The position numbers and the translations under genes were made by a program. The notes under the pieces were generated by a model. The model was not told the DNA's origin. It saw nothing but the letters and a program-made list of their open reading frames with translations, and searched no databases. DNA of 63,479 nt, filler included, from Reticulomyxa filosa (taxonomy: Eukaryota; Protista; Foraminifera): NCBI GenBank assembly GCA_000512085.1. It is 24 parts of 24 records of this genome, joined end to end, with 100 filler letters (N's around TTAATTAATTAA, not from the genome) between each part and the next. Parts side by side here need not be neighbours in the genome. Positions count along the whole stretch, not along the records: positions 1 to 2,125 come from ASPP01009472.1; positions 2,226 to 3,432 come from ASPP01050464.1; positions 3,533 to 7,650 come from ASPP01005495.1; positions 7,751 to 9,016 come from ASPP01003912.1; positions 9,117 to 12,995 come from ASPP01026798.1; 19 more parts are not named here. The stretch is one strand, 5' to 3'. Positions 1 to 13,095 of the stretch are shown piece after piece (position 1 is the first letter of the stretch; the number at the start of each line of letters is the position of its first letter).

Positions 1-33
<33 letters not shown>

Positions 34-52
34 TATTGTCAAGGGAAATTAC

Positions 53-262
53 CAAAATTGTAGATACACTGGTGTAACAATTCTTCCTTGGCATACACTT
101 GAAGCGGTAATGCAAGTTATACAATACGTGACGCATTTCCAAATATACCAACATTGACAAATCGGGCACACCATCGAGCTCCTTCGGATTTGGAACGAAG
201 TTTGGGTCATCTTTCCCTAATTGAGACTTTTGTTCGCTCTCTTCTTTGTCTTCATCTGCCAT
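53..262 (-). CDS. Myosin heavy chain, first exon (start of motor domain); partial
   Basis: GVPDLSMLVYLEMRHVLYNLHYRF...CYTSVSTILV matches the myosin motor N-terminal pattern (DL..L..L.E..VL.NL..RY...IYT....ILV). GTAATT donor at 52; contig ends inside the intron. Confidence 0.75.
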
Positions 263-753
263 TTCCCTTCCTTTCTACTTCTTTTGCTTTAATGTATTTG
301 AATTCAAAATTCTCAATAATGAGCAAAAATGCTTTCAAATACACAACTCGTCAGTCAAACAAAAGACCCTGTTTGCGAACTTCCAACAAAGGATCTTTAA
401 AAGTATATATACAATCAAAACAGCGTCTTTTATGGTTAGAGAATTCTTTCCTTGTCAAATGAAGTTTGATACTCTGCTAGTACAACGATACCCAATTATT
501 ATATTATATTTTTATACACTGAATTTTGTCTAATATAACGGACAAAAGCAATTAATTTTTCATTACAATATAGCTGATTAGTTGTTATTGCAATGCATTG
601 CATAACAACTTTGCTGTCACTCAATTCTAACTTGCTCAACGTAGTAAAGAACCACAGCGACACTGACAGGACGACACCAACAGAAGATCCGAACGCTAAA
701 GTTTAAACTTTTAATTAAGAACCATACTGATCTCGAGCTCTAAGGAACTTAAT

Positions 754-1230
754 ATGACTGAAGAGAAGTATTTAGCAACACCTTTGGATGAAATTCCCAA
801 CATTGTGGGAAAACTGCGCCAGCATTTCAACAAGAATGCACCTTTTTCATATGAATTCCGCATCCAACAATTGCAACAATTGCAAAAGTTAATAGAGGAA
901 AATGAAAAAGAGATTCTTGCAGTGTGTGCAGAGTATTTTAAAGAAGACGCGCGATTTGCCGTCGGTTTCCGTTTGTTCCCAGTAAAATACGATCTCGGTT
1001 TAATGCTGACAAATTTGAAAGAATACATGAAACCGAAATCGATCAGCCAACCTTTTCCAATGAATGTCATGTGGAATGCCGCTGTGGAATACCACGGAAG
1101 GTAAAAATAAAAAAAGTGTACAGTGTACGTACATTGATGTGATACAAGTAGTAACATGTTGAGGAGGGAGGAGAAAAAAAAAGGGGTTGAAATTGCATTA
1201 TATATAAATATGTATACAATACAAATTAAT

Positions 1231-1269
<39 letters not shown>

Positions 1270-2054
1270 AGGTGTTGTAGGGATAATAGCACCATGGAAC
1301 TTTCCAGTGTCATTGTTATTGAGACCACTGATTGGAGCAATAGCAGCAGGAAACTGTGTGGTGTTGAAACCATCGGAAGTGACAGACAATGTCGCACGAT
1401 TGATAGCCAAGTTGATCCCAAAGTATTTGGATCCAAAGATCGTTCAAGTGGTTTGTGGTGGTCCAAAAGAGACCAATGCCATGATCAATGCCAAGTTAGA
1501 CTTGTGCATGTTCACAGGTTCGACCTTTGTGGGAAAGCTGATAATGAAGGCGTGCGCAGAGCATTTGACGCCGGTGATCCTTGAGCTGGGAGGCAAGAAC
1601 CCTGTGTTTTTGGATGACAAGTTGGATTTGAAGGTCGTTGCCAAGCGAATCATGTATGGACGCTTGTTGAATTGCGGACAATTATGCTTGTCGCCGGAAT
1701 ACGTGTTTGTGTCGAAGCAAAATGTAAACACTTTGATAAGTGAGTTGCGTCAAGTCTTGAAAGAATTTTATGGGGATAAAATCGAAACCACCCAACGCTT
1801 TTCACACATTGTCAATACCAACCATTTCCGAAGATTGAAGAAAATTCGAGACTATTACTTGCTCAATGATACTGAGAGCAAAAAGATTGTCATTGGAGGG
1901 CCTAACGACAAAGAGTTCTTTTTCAAAGACAATGAAAAAGAAAGGTTCATTCCGCCAATGGTCTTGAGCAATGTCGATTTTGAAAAGGATGCCATTATGG
2001 CCGAAGAGGTATTTGGTCCATTTTTATCGATTATACCCTTGGAAGGGACTGCTG
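754..2054 (+). CDS. Aldehyde dehydrogenase, ALDH3/fatty-aldehyde type; exons 754-1100 and ~1270-2054, 3' partial
   Basis: GVVGIIAPWNFP, LKPSE, FTGST, ELGGKNP, catalytic NCGQLC, EEVFGP motifs. Intron 1 junction is one base out of phase, probably a homopolymer error. Confidence 0.9.
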
Positions 2055-2082
2055 GTATTTTCTTTTTTTGCAATTTCTCTGG

Positions 2083-2125
<43 letters not shown>

Positions 2126-2225
2126 NNNNNNNNNNNNNNNNNNNNNNNNNNNNNNNNNNNNNNNNNNNNTTAATTAATTAANNNNNNNNNNNNNNNNNNN
2201 NNNNNNNNNNNNNNNNNNNNNNNNN
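2126..2225. other. Artificial contig-joining linker (44N + TTAATTAATTAA + 44N), the first of 23 in the window
   Basis: Same 100-nt structure recurs at 3433, 7651, 9017, 12996, 15090, 19387, 22943, 28237, 29358, 30854, 36533, 38708, 39886, 41156, 42460, 43831, 49171, 52661, 55165, 59957, 61206, 62364. The 12-mer gives stops in all six frames. Confidence 0.98.
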
Positions 2226-2268
<43 letters not shown>

Positions 2269-2302
2269 TGTCATTGTGTATCTCTAAATCTAAAATGCAA
2301 AG

Positions 2303-3225
2303 ATGAACGTAGTATGAACTTTGGAGAAAGTGAAAAGACTTTTGATGGAATGAATGCAACGAATCCAGAAAAATTTTGGAGTGTGTTCAACAGCTACTTT
2401 GAATATCCGACTGCTAAAGAGTGCATGGCATTGTTGGCGAAACCCATGGAGTGCACGCTGCCGATTCCACCTTTGCCGATGATGAACCACGCGCACAACA
2501 CCGGCCACAAAGACATGCTCGACGATTCATCGAATCACAATCCGGAAATTGATCACATTTTGGATCAGTGCGGAATCAAACAGTCTATCATCCACAGCAG
2601 CGCGATGCACCTGCAAGAGCATAGCATGTGCCAACGTGTGCTCAGCATGCATTTGCCGGAGGATCTAAAAGAGTGGTGGTTTGATCGTCCCGATGATTAT
2701 GCACATCACCCGTCCATGGATGATAATGTCGAAATACTTGACCCTTTGCTGCATTACGACAGCAACAAGATCGTCCCGCCCAATCCCAAGTTTACTGACG
2801 TGGAGAGTGTGCTCCGAAATGAAATCCATGAATGCTTCTTTGCGGACGATTCGCAAGGTCATGGCGGTGATGGCATTGCTCCCAATAAATCTGTTGACAT
2901 TCTCCAGGATATCAAATGGGAAAATCGAACCGATGACGAAATTTGTGCGTGCATTCGAGAAGCTCAAATTGACTTGAGCTGCTTGCACGATAAAAATCGA
3001 GAGGTATATCAAGAACTATTGAATGTCGTTACCAAGAATGAACATTTGAAAGCTCGAAAGAAAAATTTTGAACAAGTCTTTCACTTTATCGTCGAATTTC
3101 TTAAAAAGTCAAACAAAATACCTGTTCATGACATCATGACCTTAATTGATCGGGTCTCCAGTTTTCCTCAAGAAATGATGGCAAATCCCCTTGACCGAAT
3201 CGAAGAACATCAAAATATCAAATAG
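2303..3225 (+). CDS. Ada3/TADA3-like SAGA subunit, last exon
   Basis: FWSVFNSYF...IPPLP, CQRVLS, ESVLRNEI and DDEICACIREAQIDLSCLHDKN resemble Ada3 blocks (FW..VEPY, IPPLG, TQRLL, DDEV..ELR..Q.EL......N). Confidence 0.5.
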
Positions 3226-3532
3226 CTCACATAGCATCAGCTTTTATCAAAATTTGGCATCCCTTTTTTTTTTCTCTTCATCTTCACATTTCCTGAATTG
3301 TTTTCAATGTATTGCTTGCGCATATTTAGACAAAGAATATTTTATCGAATCGAGTGTATATGTTAATATGATCGTATCAAATAAATAACATAGTATCAAA
3401 GTGATGTTCTACTCTTCGCAAAAAAAAAAAAANNNNNNNNNNNNNNNNNNNNNNNNNNNNNNNNNNNNNNNNNNNNTTAATTAATTAANNNNNNNNNNNN
3501 NNNNNNNNNNNNNNNNNNNNNNNNNNNNNNNN

Positions 3533-4135
3533 TAATAATAATAATAATAATAATAATAATACCAATACTACTACTACTAATAATAGCAATAATTATTACA
3601 ACTATAATTACAATAACAATGGTTACAACAGCAGTGATCACCATGCCGAGTCACAGACTGACGATCCTGATGCGTCGAACAAATCCAGGCAGTTTTTGAT
3701 TTTTCAAGAAAATGGAAGACACTTTACTATTCCTCTCAATCCTTTGCAATCCTTAAAGTCATTCCATACACCTTTGATGGAAATTGTTCGCCATTATTGG
3801 AGCTGCTTTCCTGCTGATGAAAGTCGATTCACCAAAGCCACCAAAATTGTTGAGGCTCTAAGACAATATTCCGAGAACGTCCTAGTTATTACTACTTTCT
3901 TTACACATACACTATATATATATTTTTTTTTTTCTTCAAAATGTCTTGCAAATAAATGTAATGAACAGAATATGAAAAAACGCTTAAAAATACTCAAGAG
4001 AATCAAACACTAGCTGTTGTTGTGCTTCCTTTTAAAGCTACTTTACAAAAAGTATTCACTCATTTTCAGCAAAAGCAAAAAGAAAGAGAGCGTGCCAAAG
4101 AAGCCAGAAAAAGTGTTGTTGGTTCAATTCATTGA
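3533..4135 (+). CDS. GTF2H1: TFIIH p62/Tfb1 subunit, C-terminal part (intron ~3885-3968; one probable homopolymer frameshift)
   Basis: EIVRHYWSCFP...KATKIVEALRQY matches the p62 C-terminal ELLRHFWSCFP motif; ends ...KSVVGSIH-TGA at 4133-4135. Confidence 0.65.
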
Positions 4136-4383
4136 TTTTTTTTATCTGTTTCACTTATTTAGTTTATTTTTTTAAAACTCTGCCTCTCTCATTTTATTTC
4201 CAAATCCATCAGCCATTTATCTCTTACACTTCGCTAATTCAACTTTGGAGGCTTTTGTCACTGTCCAAAACGTTTCACTTCTGTTATTTCTTTTAGGTAA
4301 TCTATTCCAAAGCTCTTTTCAAACAAAAAAACCGTGAAAGTGAACGGGCTCTCCAAATAATTAATAACAAAATATTTTATAGA

Positions 4384-5662
4384 ATGTCTTCTTTTACATC
4401 ATTTGTAAATTTTGTTTTGCTCTCCATTCCGTTGCTTGGTCCGGCTTTCGTCGTACGAAACGCAAATCCAAGCATTCGTGATTCTTTTTTGCATGTTGTG
4501 TACGTTTCAATTGCAGCATTTTTCCTGACAGTATGGGCAATACCAATACTGGCAAAATACACCATCAAAAAACTATACGGAAAAGATATAAACAAAAAAG
4601 GGACTCCGGAAGGAGAGGTTCCAATCCCAGAGTCTTTGGGAATTGCATGTGGAATTGTGTATTTGTCCTGCGGTGTAGTCGGACAATTTTGGTTCACGGA
4701 TAATCCAATAAAGGTAAATTTTTTTTTTAGTTATTGTTTTCTTTTATCAACAAAAATGACGACAACAAAAAAACGTCAGCACCGCAAATTCGAAAGTCAG
4801 CCATTTTTTTGTTTTATTTGTATGTGTGAAAAAGCTGGTGGAATACAACGCAGCTTTGTTGTCGATATGCTTTATGATACTATTAGGATTTGTAGATGAT
4901 GTATTGGATATCCCTTGGAGATACAAGCTAGTAATTCCAGCATTAGCAACGTTACCACTGCTAATTGCCTACAACGGTGAAACAACAGTACATATTCCAC
5001 AAAATGTGTCCGATTGGTTGACAATTCCACGTATAGTAAGCTTGGGATATTTGTATCATTTCTACATGTTTTTGCTGATTATATTTTGCACGAATGCAAT
5101 TAACATTCATGCTGGAATTAATGGATTGGAAGCAGGACAATCCTTCATCATTGGCATTGCGATATTAATACATAATATTATTGAAAGTGGGATTGATGAG
5201 ATTGGTCGTGGACAACATAAGTTGTCCATGTTCATTGTCGCGCCTTTTGTCGCCACTACAGCGGGATTACTTGTTCACAATTGGTATCCCAGTCGTGTGT
5301 TTGTTGGAGACACGTATACCATGTTTAGTGGAATGACTTTGGCCGTTGCTGGAGTAACTGGGCATTTTAGCAAAACACTTTTAATTTTTTTTATTCCTCA
5401 AATACTCAATTTCTTATATAGTGTACCGCAATTGTTTGGCTTGTGTGGATACACTTGTCCACGGCATCGATTACCTTTTTACAACACCAAAACCAAACTG
5501 CTGGAAGGTATTCCCTCGAACCTCAATTTGGTCAATGCTTTCTTATGCCTTTTGGGACCTATGTCTGAAAGGACTTTGTGCATTGTTTTATTGATTTTCC
5601 AAACTTTGTGTTGTTGTCTGGGTCTTTTCGTCCGGTACCGATTGGCATATTTGTTATACTAA
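4384..5662 (+). CDS. DPAGT1: UDP-GlcNAc:dolichyl-phosphate GlcNAc-1-phosphotransferase; exons 4384-4713 and 4835-5662
   Basis: LYGKDINK, IPESLG, LGFVDDVLDIPWRYKL, NAINIHAGINGLEAGQ, VFVGDT, GHFSKT, CPRHRLP; in-phase GT-AG intron. Confidence 0.95.
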
Positions 5663-6349
5663 TTTTTTTTTAGTGTTTTTTTTTTGTTTTATTTTTTTTT
5701 TACTTCATCATTTCCAACAGCTTATTTGAGGGGTACCTATTTCTTAGATATTTTCACTTTCTGTCAGCTTCCGTAAGTAAATGTTAACATATTTCAATCT
5801 TAGTTTACAGCTCAAATTTCAAACATTAATAGCATAAATACCAATAGATAATTATTTTTCACACGTACTAAATCTGTATGAGTTACAGGATGCACTTTTA
5901 CCACGACAAATAGGATTTTGTGTCAAGAAAATGTTCATAAGAACACATGTTCCTAAATAATTTTATTTACTTGCAATTTTCAGGATTGTGCAGCTCATGA
6001 AAAAGATAGTATGAGATTAACCTTTTTTGTTGTCACAACATTTTAGATGAAACAATCCAAGCGATAAGAGGAGGAGTGGGTTGGCAATGGTGCCAAGTGT
6101 CATCCACATTATTTGTCCTTAAGCAAAGCAAAAACATAATTAACAAAGGATATATATCCTCTTTAAAAAACATGGCGTACGAAAGCTATTGAACGCCAAA
6201 ATTGCTTTTCTAATAGGCATTGTGCACAGATGTTCTTGTGAAGAAGACGAATGGGAGCATTTCCCAAGCTCTCCAAAATGGTTGCATTGAGAATTGTTGG
6301 ATTCAGTTGTGCGCACAACAAGAACAAATGCAGATCAACCTTTTCAAAG

Positions 6350-7605
6350 TTATGCAGTGACGCCTTTTGCAACAGTTAAAACCTGATTCGTTTTTTCAAC
6401 AAGTTCGTGAAGATGCCCTTCTTTGGCAGTATTGAGCAATGTGTCCAACTCGTCTTGGATTTCCTTTAAATGATAGCATTCCAAAACGTTGACATATCCC
6501 TGCCATTGCAATATAGTGTGAACTGCATCCAAGCACCACAGCATGCCCTAAAAGAAACAGGAAAAAAAAACAACACCGCAAAATGAAAAAAGAGGAAGAA
6601 GTAATATCGCAAGCATCAACTCGGTCGTAACTTTAGAAGAAGGATTAGTATTGTGTAAGCATCGTTCATAAATTTCAACCAATACTTTGATGTCGCTAGT
6701 GAAAAAGAAGTCATCCAAGTTGTGCGTAAACACGCACTGGCCAAAGTGAATACAAAGTCGTGCGGTTTCTTGTTCCCAATCTGTTTTTCTCCCGAACGCA
6801 GCAGCAACAACAACAAGTATTATTGTTGTTTTGAGAAAGAAAAGAAGGAAAAAAAGTGCAAGAAAAAAAGAGCCAGACCAGAGTGATTGCATATTTCAAT
6901 GTAAAATTGCGAAAAGCGCTGAAATAAATCCGCGTTCAAAGTGTGGGTCAAGTTTTTCAAATATTGGCCTTGCAGTGTTTGCTCTTTCTGTAAGTCCAGC
7001 TTCGCAATGAAATAAACCAAACACGTGCCTGCGTTATTCATGACAAGCTCAAAGTCGGAGCCAAATGCTGAGCACAGCAAATGGAACCATTTATCTTGCA
7101 GCTTGATCTCTATTGTGTATTTTTTCCAATGAAACGAACAAACAAAAATATTCATAAAGCGACAAAATATATATACATATACATATATGTACATATACAC
7201 ATATATGTATATGTATATATTATATTGCACCTGAGTCATTGGCGATGACGTAAGCCAGCAATTCCAATCGTGCTCCTGCGTCATTGTGATCTATGTTCCA
7301 TTGGCAAAAACAAAATGAAACAAGGCGAAAAAAAAAGATCGAATAAATATTATAAGTCAAACCTAAGAGCGGTGATGAGCAACGGTGTTGAAGATATTTT
7401 CAAAGGCGTGCTCTTTGACAAAAGGAAGAAACTGGACAGGCGACAGAGTGCAAAACATGTGCAGCAACTTGGCTAGTGATGTCAAAGGTAGCAGAATTTT
7501 TTTGTCAAATGCAAGTTCGTCATCGTTGTTCTTGGCATCGTTCTCGGAACTTTCCGCGGACTTTTCGGACTTGAAATGCGACAATTCCCACTTAGATAAT
7601 CTTTC
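6350..7605 (-). CDS. Multi-exon helical-repeat protein, SPIN90/Ldb17 (DUF2013)-like C-terminus; 5' partial
   Basis: Several exons with GT-AG introns; DFFFTSDIKVLVEIYERCLHNT resembles the FYTNDL.VL.DI..R.L motif of the SPIN90/Dip1/Ldb17 family. Confidence 0.4.
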
Positions 7606-7825
7606 CTATTAACAGTACATAAATATACATATATATATACATATATACATNNNNNNNNNNNNNNNNNNNNNNNNNNNNNNNNNNNNNNNNNNNNTTAATT
7701 AATTAANNNNNNNNNNNNNNNNNNNNNNNNNNNNNNNNNNNNNNNNNNNNCAAATGATACGCATTCTCGCAGAATTTTCAAAAATCATTTGAAAAAATGT
7801 TGATTTCATCCAACAAAAAAAAAAG

Positions 7826-7975
7826 TTATTAAAAAACCAATTTCATATTAAAAAACTACAAGATTTGTAGATATTTTTTTAAAAAAAAATTATGCTAAAT
7901 GTTGATTTTTCATTGATAAAATCAATTATCATCATAAGATATGTTTTAGGCGTTCAGTTTTCTTTGCACCTACTA
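7826..7975. mobile_element. Long terminal inverted repeat of a Tc1/mariner family (called family C here)
   Basis: 7937-7975 is the near-exact reverse complement of 61166-61205; 7864-7960 aligns with 60449-60545; 7826-7855 resembles the reverse complement of 60057-60085. Confidence 0.7.
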
Positions 7976-8978
7976 GGAGGTATTGGAAGCGTGCCCAGAG
8001 TATGAATGAAGGGGAAAAGGAATGAATAATGATCGTTGTGAGTACAATTATTTGAGTGTTTTTTTTCTTTAGTTAGTGTAAAGTTGGCAAAGGGTGGAGC
8101 CCTACGATGAAATTATATTTTTGAAGTTTAATTTAAAACATTACATTTTCATTTTTATGTTCATTCAAAGAAATAACATATTTATCTTTAGCAGTGTTTG
8201 AAAAAGTCATTTTTCATTTACCACTGTTGTCAATGCCTTGCTTTGCAATATTATAAGTTCTCTCATTGTTTCTATTCAACAATCTGAAACACAAAATTTA
8301 ATGTATAAACTTCACTCTTAAACAAACTAAGCACTCTTCATATGTTGTTCAAGTTATAAAAATAAATTTTCTTTCAAATCTGACTTGTTTATTAATATCA
8401 TTTCAGTAATAATTGATGAGGGTTAATCTCTGCAGAAATTGACGATAGTTGCGGAAATAATACTTGACAATTACGAAGAAATCGAGAAATATAGTAGTAA
8501 AAATGCCAACGCAAAAATGAAAGGAAATAGGTTGTGAAAAAAACAAAGAAAGACACTGCCCCTTAATTACCATTGACACACAACATTCTACAAGACATTA
8601 CCTTTGGAGCAATTAAAAAAAACAAAAATAAAAAATTATCTCGACAAAAAAAAAAAAAAAAAAAGAAAAAAAACTGCCTTCAATACAAAAAGAAAAACGA
8701 AAAAAAAGGAATAAAACAGAAATGTGAAGAGCATTTTCCCTACCAGCCATTAAACGGCAAAACCAGATATAAGAAATAAAAAAAGACAAACAAACAGAAA
8801 AAAAGCAAACAAATAAAAGCAAAACCAAACAAAAATTAGATCACGTTTCCATAAAAACTTTACAATTGAAAAGACTCCCAAGGACGTCGTTGCATGTTCA
8901 AGCAGAGGGGAGAGATAAGAGGGACATTTTAAAAAATATATATATTAATGTATATGTATATATTGCGTATACACATAT

Positions 8979-9016
<38 letters not shown>

Positions 9017-9153
9017 NNNNNNNNNNNNNNNNNNNNNNNNNNNNNNNNNNNNNNNNNNNNTTAATTAATTAANNNNNNNNNNNNNNNNNNNNNNNNNNNN
9101 NNNNNNNNNNNNNNNNTGTGTGTGTGTGTGGGGAAAAAAACAACAACAAACAA

Positions 9154-11011
9154 GGAGCTGTTACAAGTGACAGACAACAAACATCCCGATTACAATCCAA
9201 TTCAAAGTTCATTAAAACAAATCGAATCGGTGATTGAAACAATGGACGTACGCACAAAGGACTTTTCATCTCGCGAGCAGGTGAGAGAAGTTGAAAAGAG
9301 ACTCGGCAACTCACTGTCGCTGGTAGCTCCTGCTCGCCATTACATTCGGGAGGGACACCTGTTCAAGGTGTGTCGCAAGAAAGAGCGCAAGTATTTGTTC
9401 ATTCTGTTTAGCGACTTGTTGTTGTATTGCACGCAAAGTTCGACCGGAAAGTTAGTGCTGAATAACATGCTGCCACTTGATCGCTACTTTCGAATCGAAG
9501 ATATTCAAACCAATCGCAAGTATGGAAGTTTGTGTTTTGAAATTCATTCGACGGTCAAGTCTTTCGTTGTTTACACTGACAACTTGGCTGACAAAAAGGC
9601 TTGGCTTCAAGACGTCCGTTCATGCGTTGAGCAAATACATACACAATCACAAAATCTTTACTTTACAATTTGAAAAATAAATGTAATCAAATAAAAAAGC
9701 GAAAGAAACACAATGTCATCTTCACTTTTGCTTTGTTGGACTTTTTTTTTTTTTTTTTTTTTGCCAACCCGTTTTTTGTCACAGTTAGCCAAAATATCCA
9801 CAGTGCTTGAAACAACTCGTTCCGACGTAGTGAAACGAACTGCACCGATATGGTTCCCTAACGACTTCAGTGAAGACTGCATGAATCCCTCGTGTATGAA
9901 ACACTTTTGTTGGAAACGACGTAAACACCATTGCAGATATTGGTTGGTATCTTTTACTTTGTGACTTTCTTACAATATGAGCATATATAATGACACATGT
10001 TGTTTGCATTGACTTTTGAACACATCATTCAGTGGTCGCTTAGTATGTTCCGAGTGCAGTCAAAATGTGCTGCCGGATCCGAATAACATCAACCAAATGG
10101 TGCGCGTCTGCGCTGTATGCTTGTTAAGTGCTTGTTTTTTTGTTTTTTTTTTTTTTGGAGGGGAAAATTATACTAATAATAATTTCACGATACAAAACAG
10201 TGTAAAGAACAGACATTTATTTTCGCCTAAAAAGTTGCTGACTGGAGTGGAAAAGGCGTTTTTTGCACAAGGATATGAAGAAGAAGAAGAGCGTGATGAC
10301 GAAGAGAATGACAATAAAGATTGGAGTGACTCCGATGCAAGCGATCAAGAAACAGAGAAAAACACGCATATACAAAGCCCAACAAAGAATGTCACAACCT
10401 CACTACCACATGCTCCCCCTTTACTCTCGCAAAATATTATCACTCGGACAACCACTGAACCGGTGAACTCACATAAAAATGATCTAAATCTTGTCAGCAT
10501 TGAACGGTCGATTTCTGATCCCCTTTCTTCACAGCAACCCAAACCTGGCAATGCGTTACCTCAAGCATCACCAAAGCCGGTTATACAACATCTCTCAGTC
10601 GGTCTCTCGCTGCCACCGCCTAACAGCGATGATGAATCTAATGACGAAAGCGTTCTAGGTATGTTTGGGAAAATAGGGTCACTTTAAAAAAAATATTTAT
10701 ATATATGTATGCGTACATGTACATATATGTCATTTTTTGAGCACGCGTGTTTTGTTTGTCTTTTTTTTTTTTTAAAAAAAAAGGGAGCTCACGTCTCCCA
10801 CCGAATGTGGATCCAAGCGTCCTTGATGTCTTACGGAACATTGAAGAAAAGTACAAAACCTCGAACAAAACCAAACAACAAAAATTGGATGTAGAGCGCA
10901 AAAAAAAATTGGGATCTTCAAAAACAAATTGAAAAACTGACGGAAGAAATGGAAAAACTACGCACTAGAATTAATTCAATGCCATCTGCCAACGGAGAAA
11001 ACAAAAGATAA
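9154..11011 (+). CDS. FGD-like RhoGEF: end of DH domain, PH, FYVE, C-terminal coiled coil; introns 9626-9784, 9943-10032, 10123-10200, 10659-10783
   Basis: ELLQVT..KHPDY (DH end); IREGHLFKVCRK..RKYLFILFSDLLLY (PH); WFPND..C..C...RRKHHCRYCG..VC..CS...RVC..C (FYVE). All four junctions in phase; one frameshift near 10900. Confidence 0.85.
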
Positions 11012-12179
11012 TCGATGCGACTCTGCTTTTCAATCGTTTGTGAAGATACAACCTCTCCCTCCTCTCACCCCTTTGATGTAGCTTAAGTTTGTTTTTGTAA
11101 TGAAGGAAAATCGTTTTTGGGTACGAAAATTCTTGAAATTTATTTTGTGATTGCAAATTTTATGTCGTTTTAGTGAAAAAATAAATTTTCAAAGTTAAAT
11201 GACATTAAACTATGTCTTTAAGGATATTTGGTGTTTTGATTTCTCAAATTTTTTTCATAATTATCACTAGACGAGGAATTTTGTCAAAGCTCCTTTATCA
11301 GACTTAATGCAATGTTAACTATAAAGTTGACTACATTTATTTCCTTCAAGTTATTTGTTGTTTAAAGAAATATCTCAAACTGAAAAACATCCAACAATTT
11401 TGATTATTATACAGATAGAACAAAAAAAATAAAATCGAAAGATATCCCAATGGAAAATTCTATTTTCTATTAAGAATTAATTGAGCATTTCCTGCATTTT
11501 TTTGTCAAACTCTGCTTTTTGATCTATTAGTATTTGGATATTTGTTGTATTTTGCAATAACGTTTAAAGAATTGATAAACAAAACAATTGTCTTATGTTC
11601 ATTTTCTATTTACAAAAAATGCTCTAAAAATCGTATTCTTTTATATTATTCTATCGTTTCTCACACTTTGAACAACGACTGCCACATGCGAGTAACAAAA
11701 AAAGAATGTTTAACATTAATTTTATAATATTGACTCACTTTGGTGGCTTCTACATTTGTTTGAGTGAGCAAATAAATTGCGCTATAGTTTTAATTTGCAC
11801 TGGACTAATGTAAAACAGTTTTTGGCCCGACGTTATAGTTTCAAGTGCTGGGAAACTAGTTTTTTACTTGGAAAATAAATTGAAAATTATTCGTACTCTT
11901 GAAGTATCTGCAGGCTGCCAAGGTCTTGATGTCTACAGAAGATTTCGATAAGTCTTTTGTTTCCAAGAGTTGAATGCAAAAGAGGAAGAGTACTTCTATG
12001 ACAAGACATGAACAAGAGAAGGAGGGGGGGGATGGGAGACAGGGTGGGAAAGAGAGAAAGCGCACCCAATCAAAAATTCGAAATACTAAACAAAGAGAAA
12101 AAAAAAAACATCACATAAACACAAATGACGAAACTGCAAAGGAGTATGCTACGAGCTGATAGAAAAAAGTGCAGACAAG

Positions 12180-12995
12180 GAATGGGCACGAGTGATATCA
12201 CAGTTGGTGATGGATTACCCATTGCAAAAGCACATGAAAATCCGACACATAAAGACAGAGGAGGCGATCGAAGAGCTGAAAAAGATGGCGACAGAGATGA
12301 AGCCATTGGTGGACTTGGTGGGATCTCACGAGTCGTCACGAAGCAAAGAGTTGCAGCGTATCACAGTATTGTTGTTGAACCACGTAAGTGTAGTGTTCGG
12401 ACGTAATATCGTGGAGATACTATTGAACCTAGTGGAATCAACGGAAGAGGAGATCCAGTATTGGTCCGACCTTTGCGTGAATGAGTCGAAAGGTATTAGC
12501 AATTGGTTTCATTGGAAGAGGTCCATGAACAAAGACGGCTACGTTACAACACAAAAAAAAGAAGAAGAAGAAGAAGAAGAAGAATCAGAAGTGGAAGATG
12601 AAGCTCACACAAAATCGTCATTTGCAACGAGTTCGAAAGACGTTTTGGCCAAGCGACTGAAAGAGTTCCGTCGATTGCGACGCGAGTTGCTGGAGCAGAT
12701 CGGACACATTCAGACGTGGTGTTGGCGACTATACCAACTGCACGGGTATTCTGTGAACGGAAATGACGACAACCACTTGGACGCGCGTGCACATGAGACG
12801 TATGACAAGCAGCACTTTTTGCGTTTGACGGATGTTCCCGTCAATGCTAGCGCAAATGTTAATGTCAGTACCAATCCATTTGAGTATGCATATACACACA
12901 CTTATACATATGCACATGGCAACAATGCAGACACTTATTCCAATAATGTCAACAATAATATTAATAATATTAATAATGTTAATAATATTAATAAT
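12180..12995 (+). CDS. Hypothetical protein, possibly NCA2/DGS1-like; partial
   Basis: Long ORF; ILLNLVESTEEEIQYWSD...WFHWKRS and a later LRRELLEQIG helix loosely recall the NCA2/DGS1 N-terminal region. Confidence 0.3.
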
Positions 12996-13095
12996 NNNNN
13001 NNNNNNNNNNNNNNNNNNNNNNNNNNNNNNNNNNNNNNNTTAATTAATTAANNNNNNNNNNNNNNNNNNNNNNNNNNNNNNNNNNNNNNNNNNNN

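Noticed and set aside
1099-1271. Non-canonical GG or GA donor in ALDH intron 1
   Set aside because: One extra A beside a long A-run restores GT-AG; nearly all other resolved introns are canonical.
8400-8900. Exon-like segments on the plus strand
   Set aside because: Could not build a consistent gene or recognise a family.
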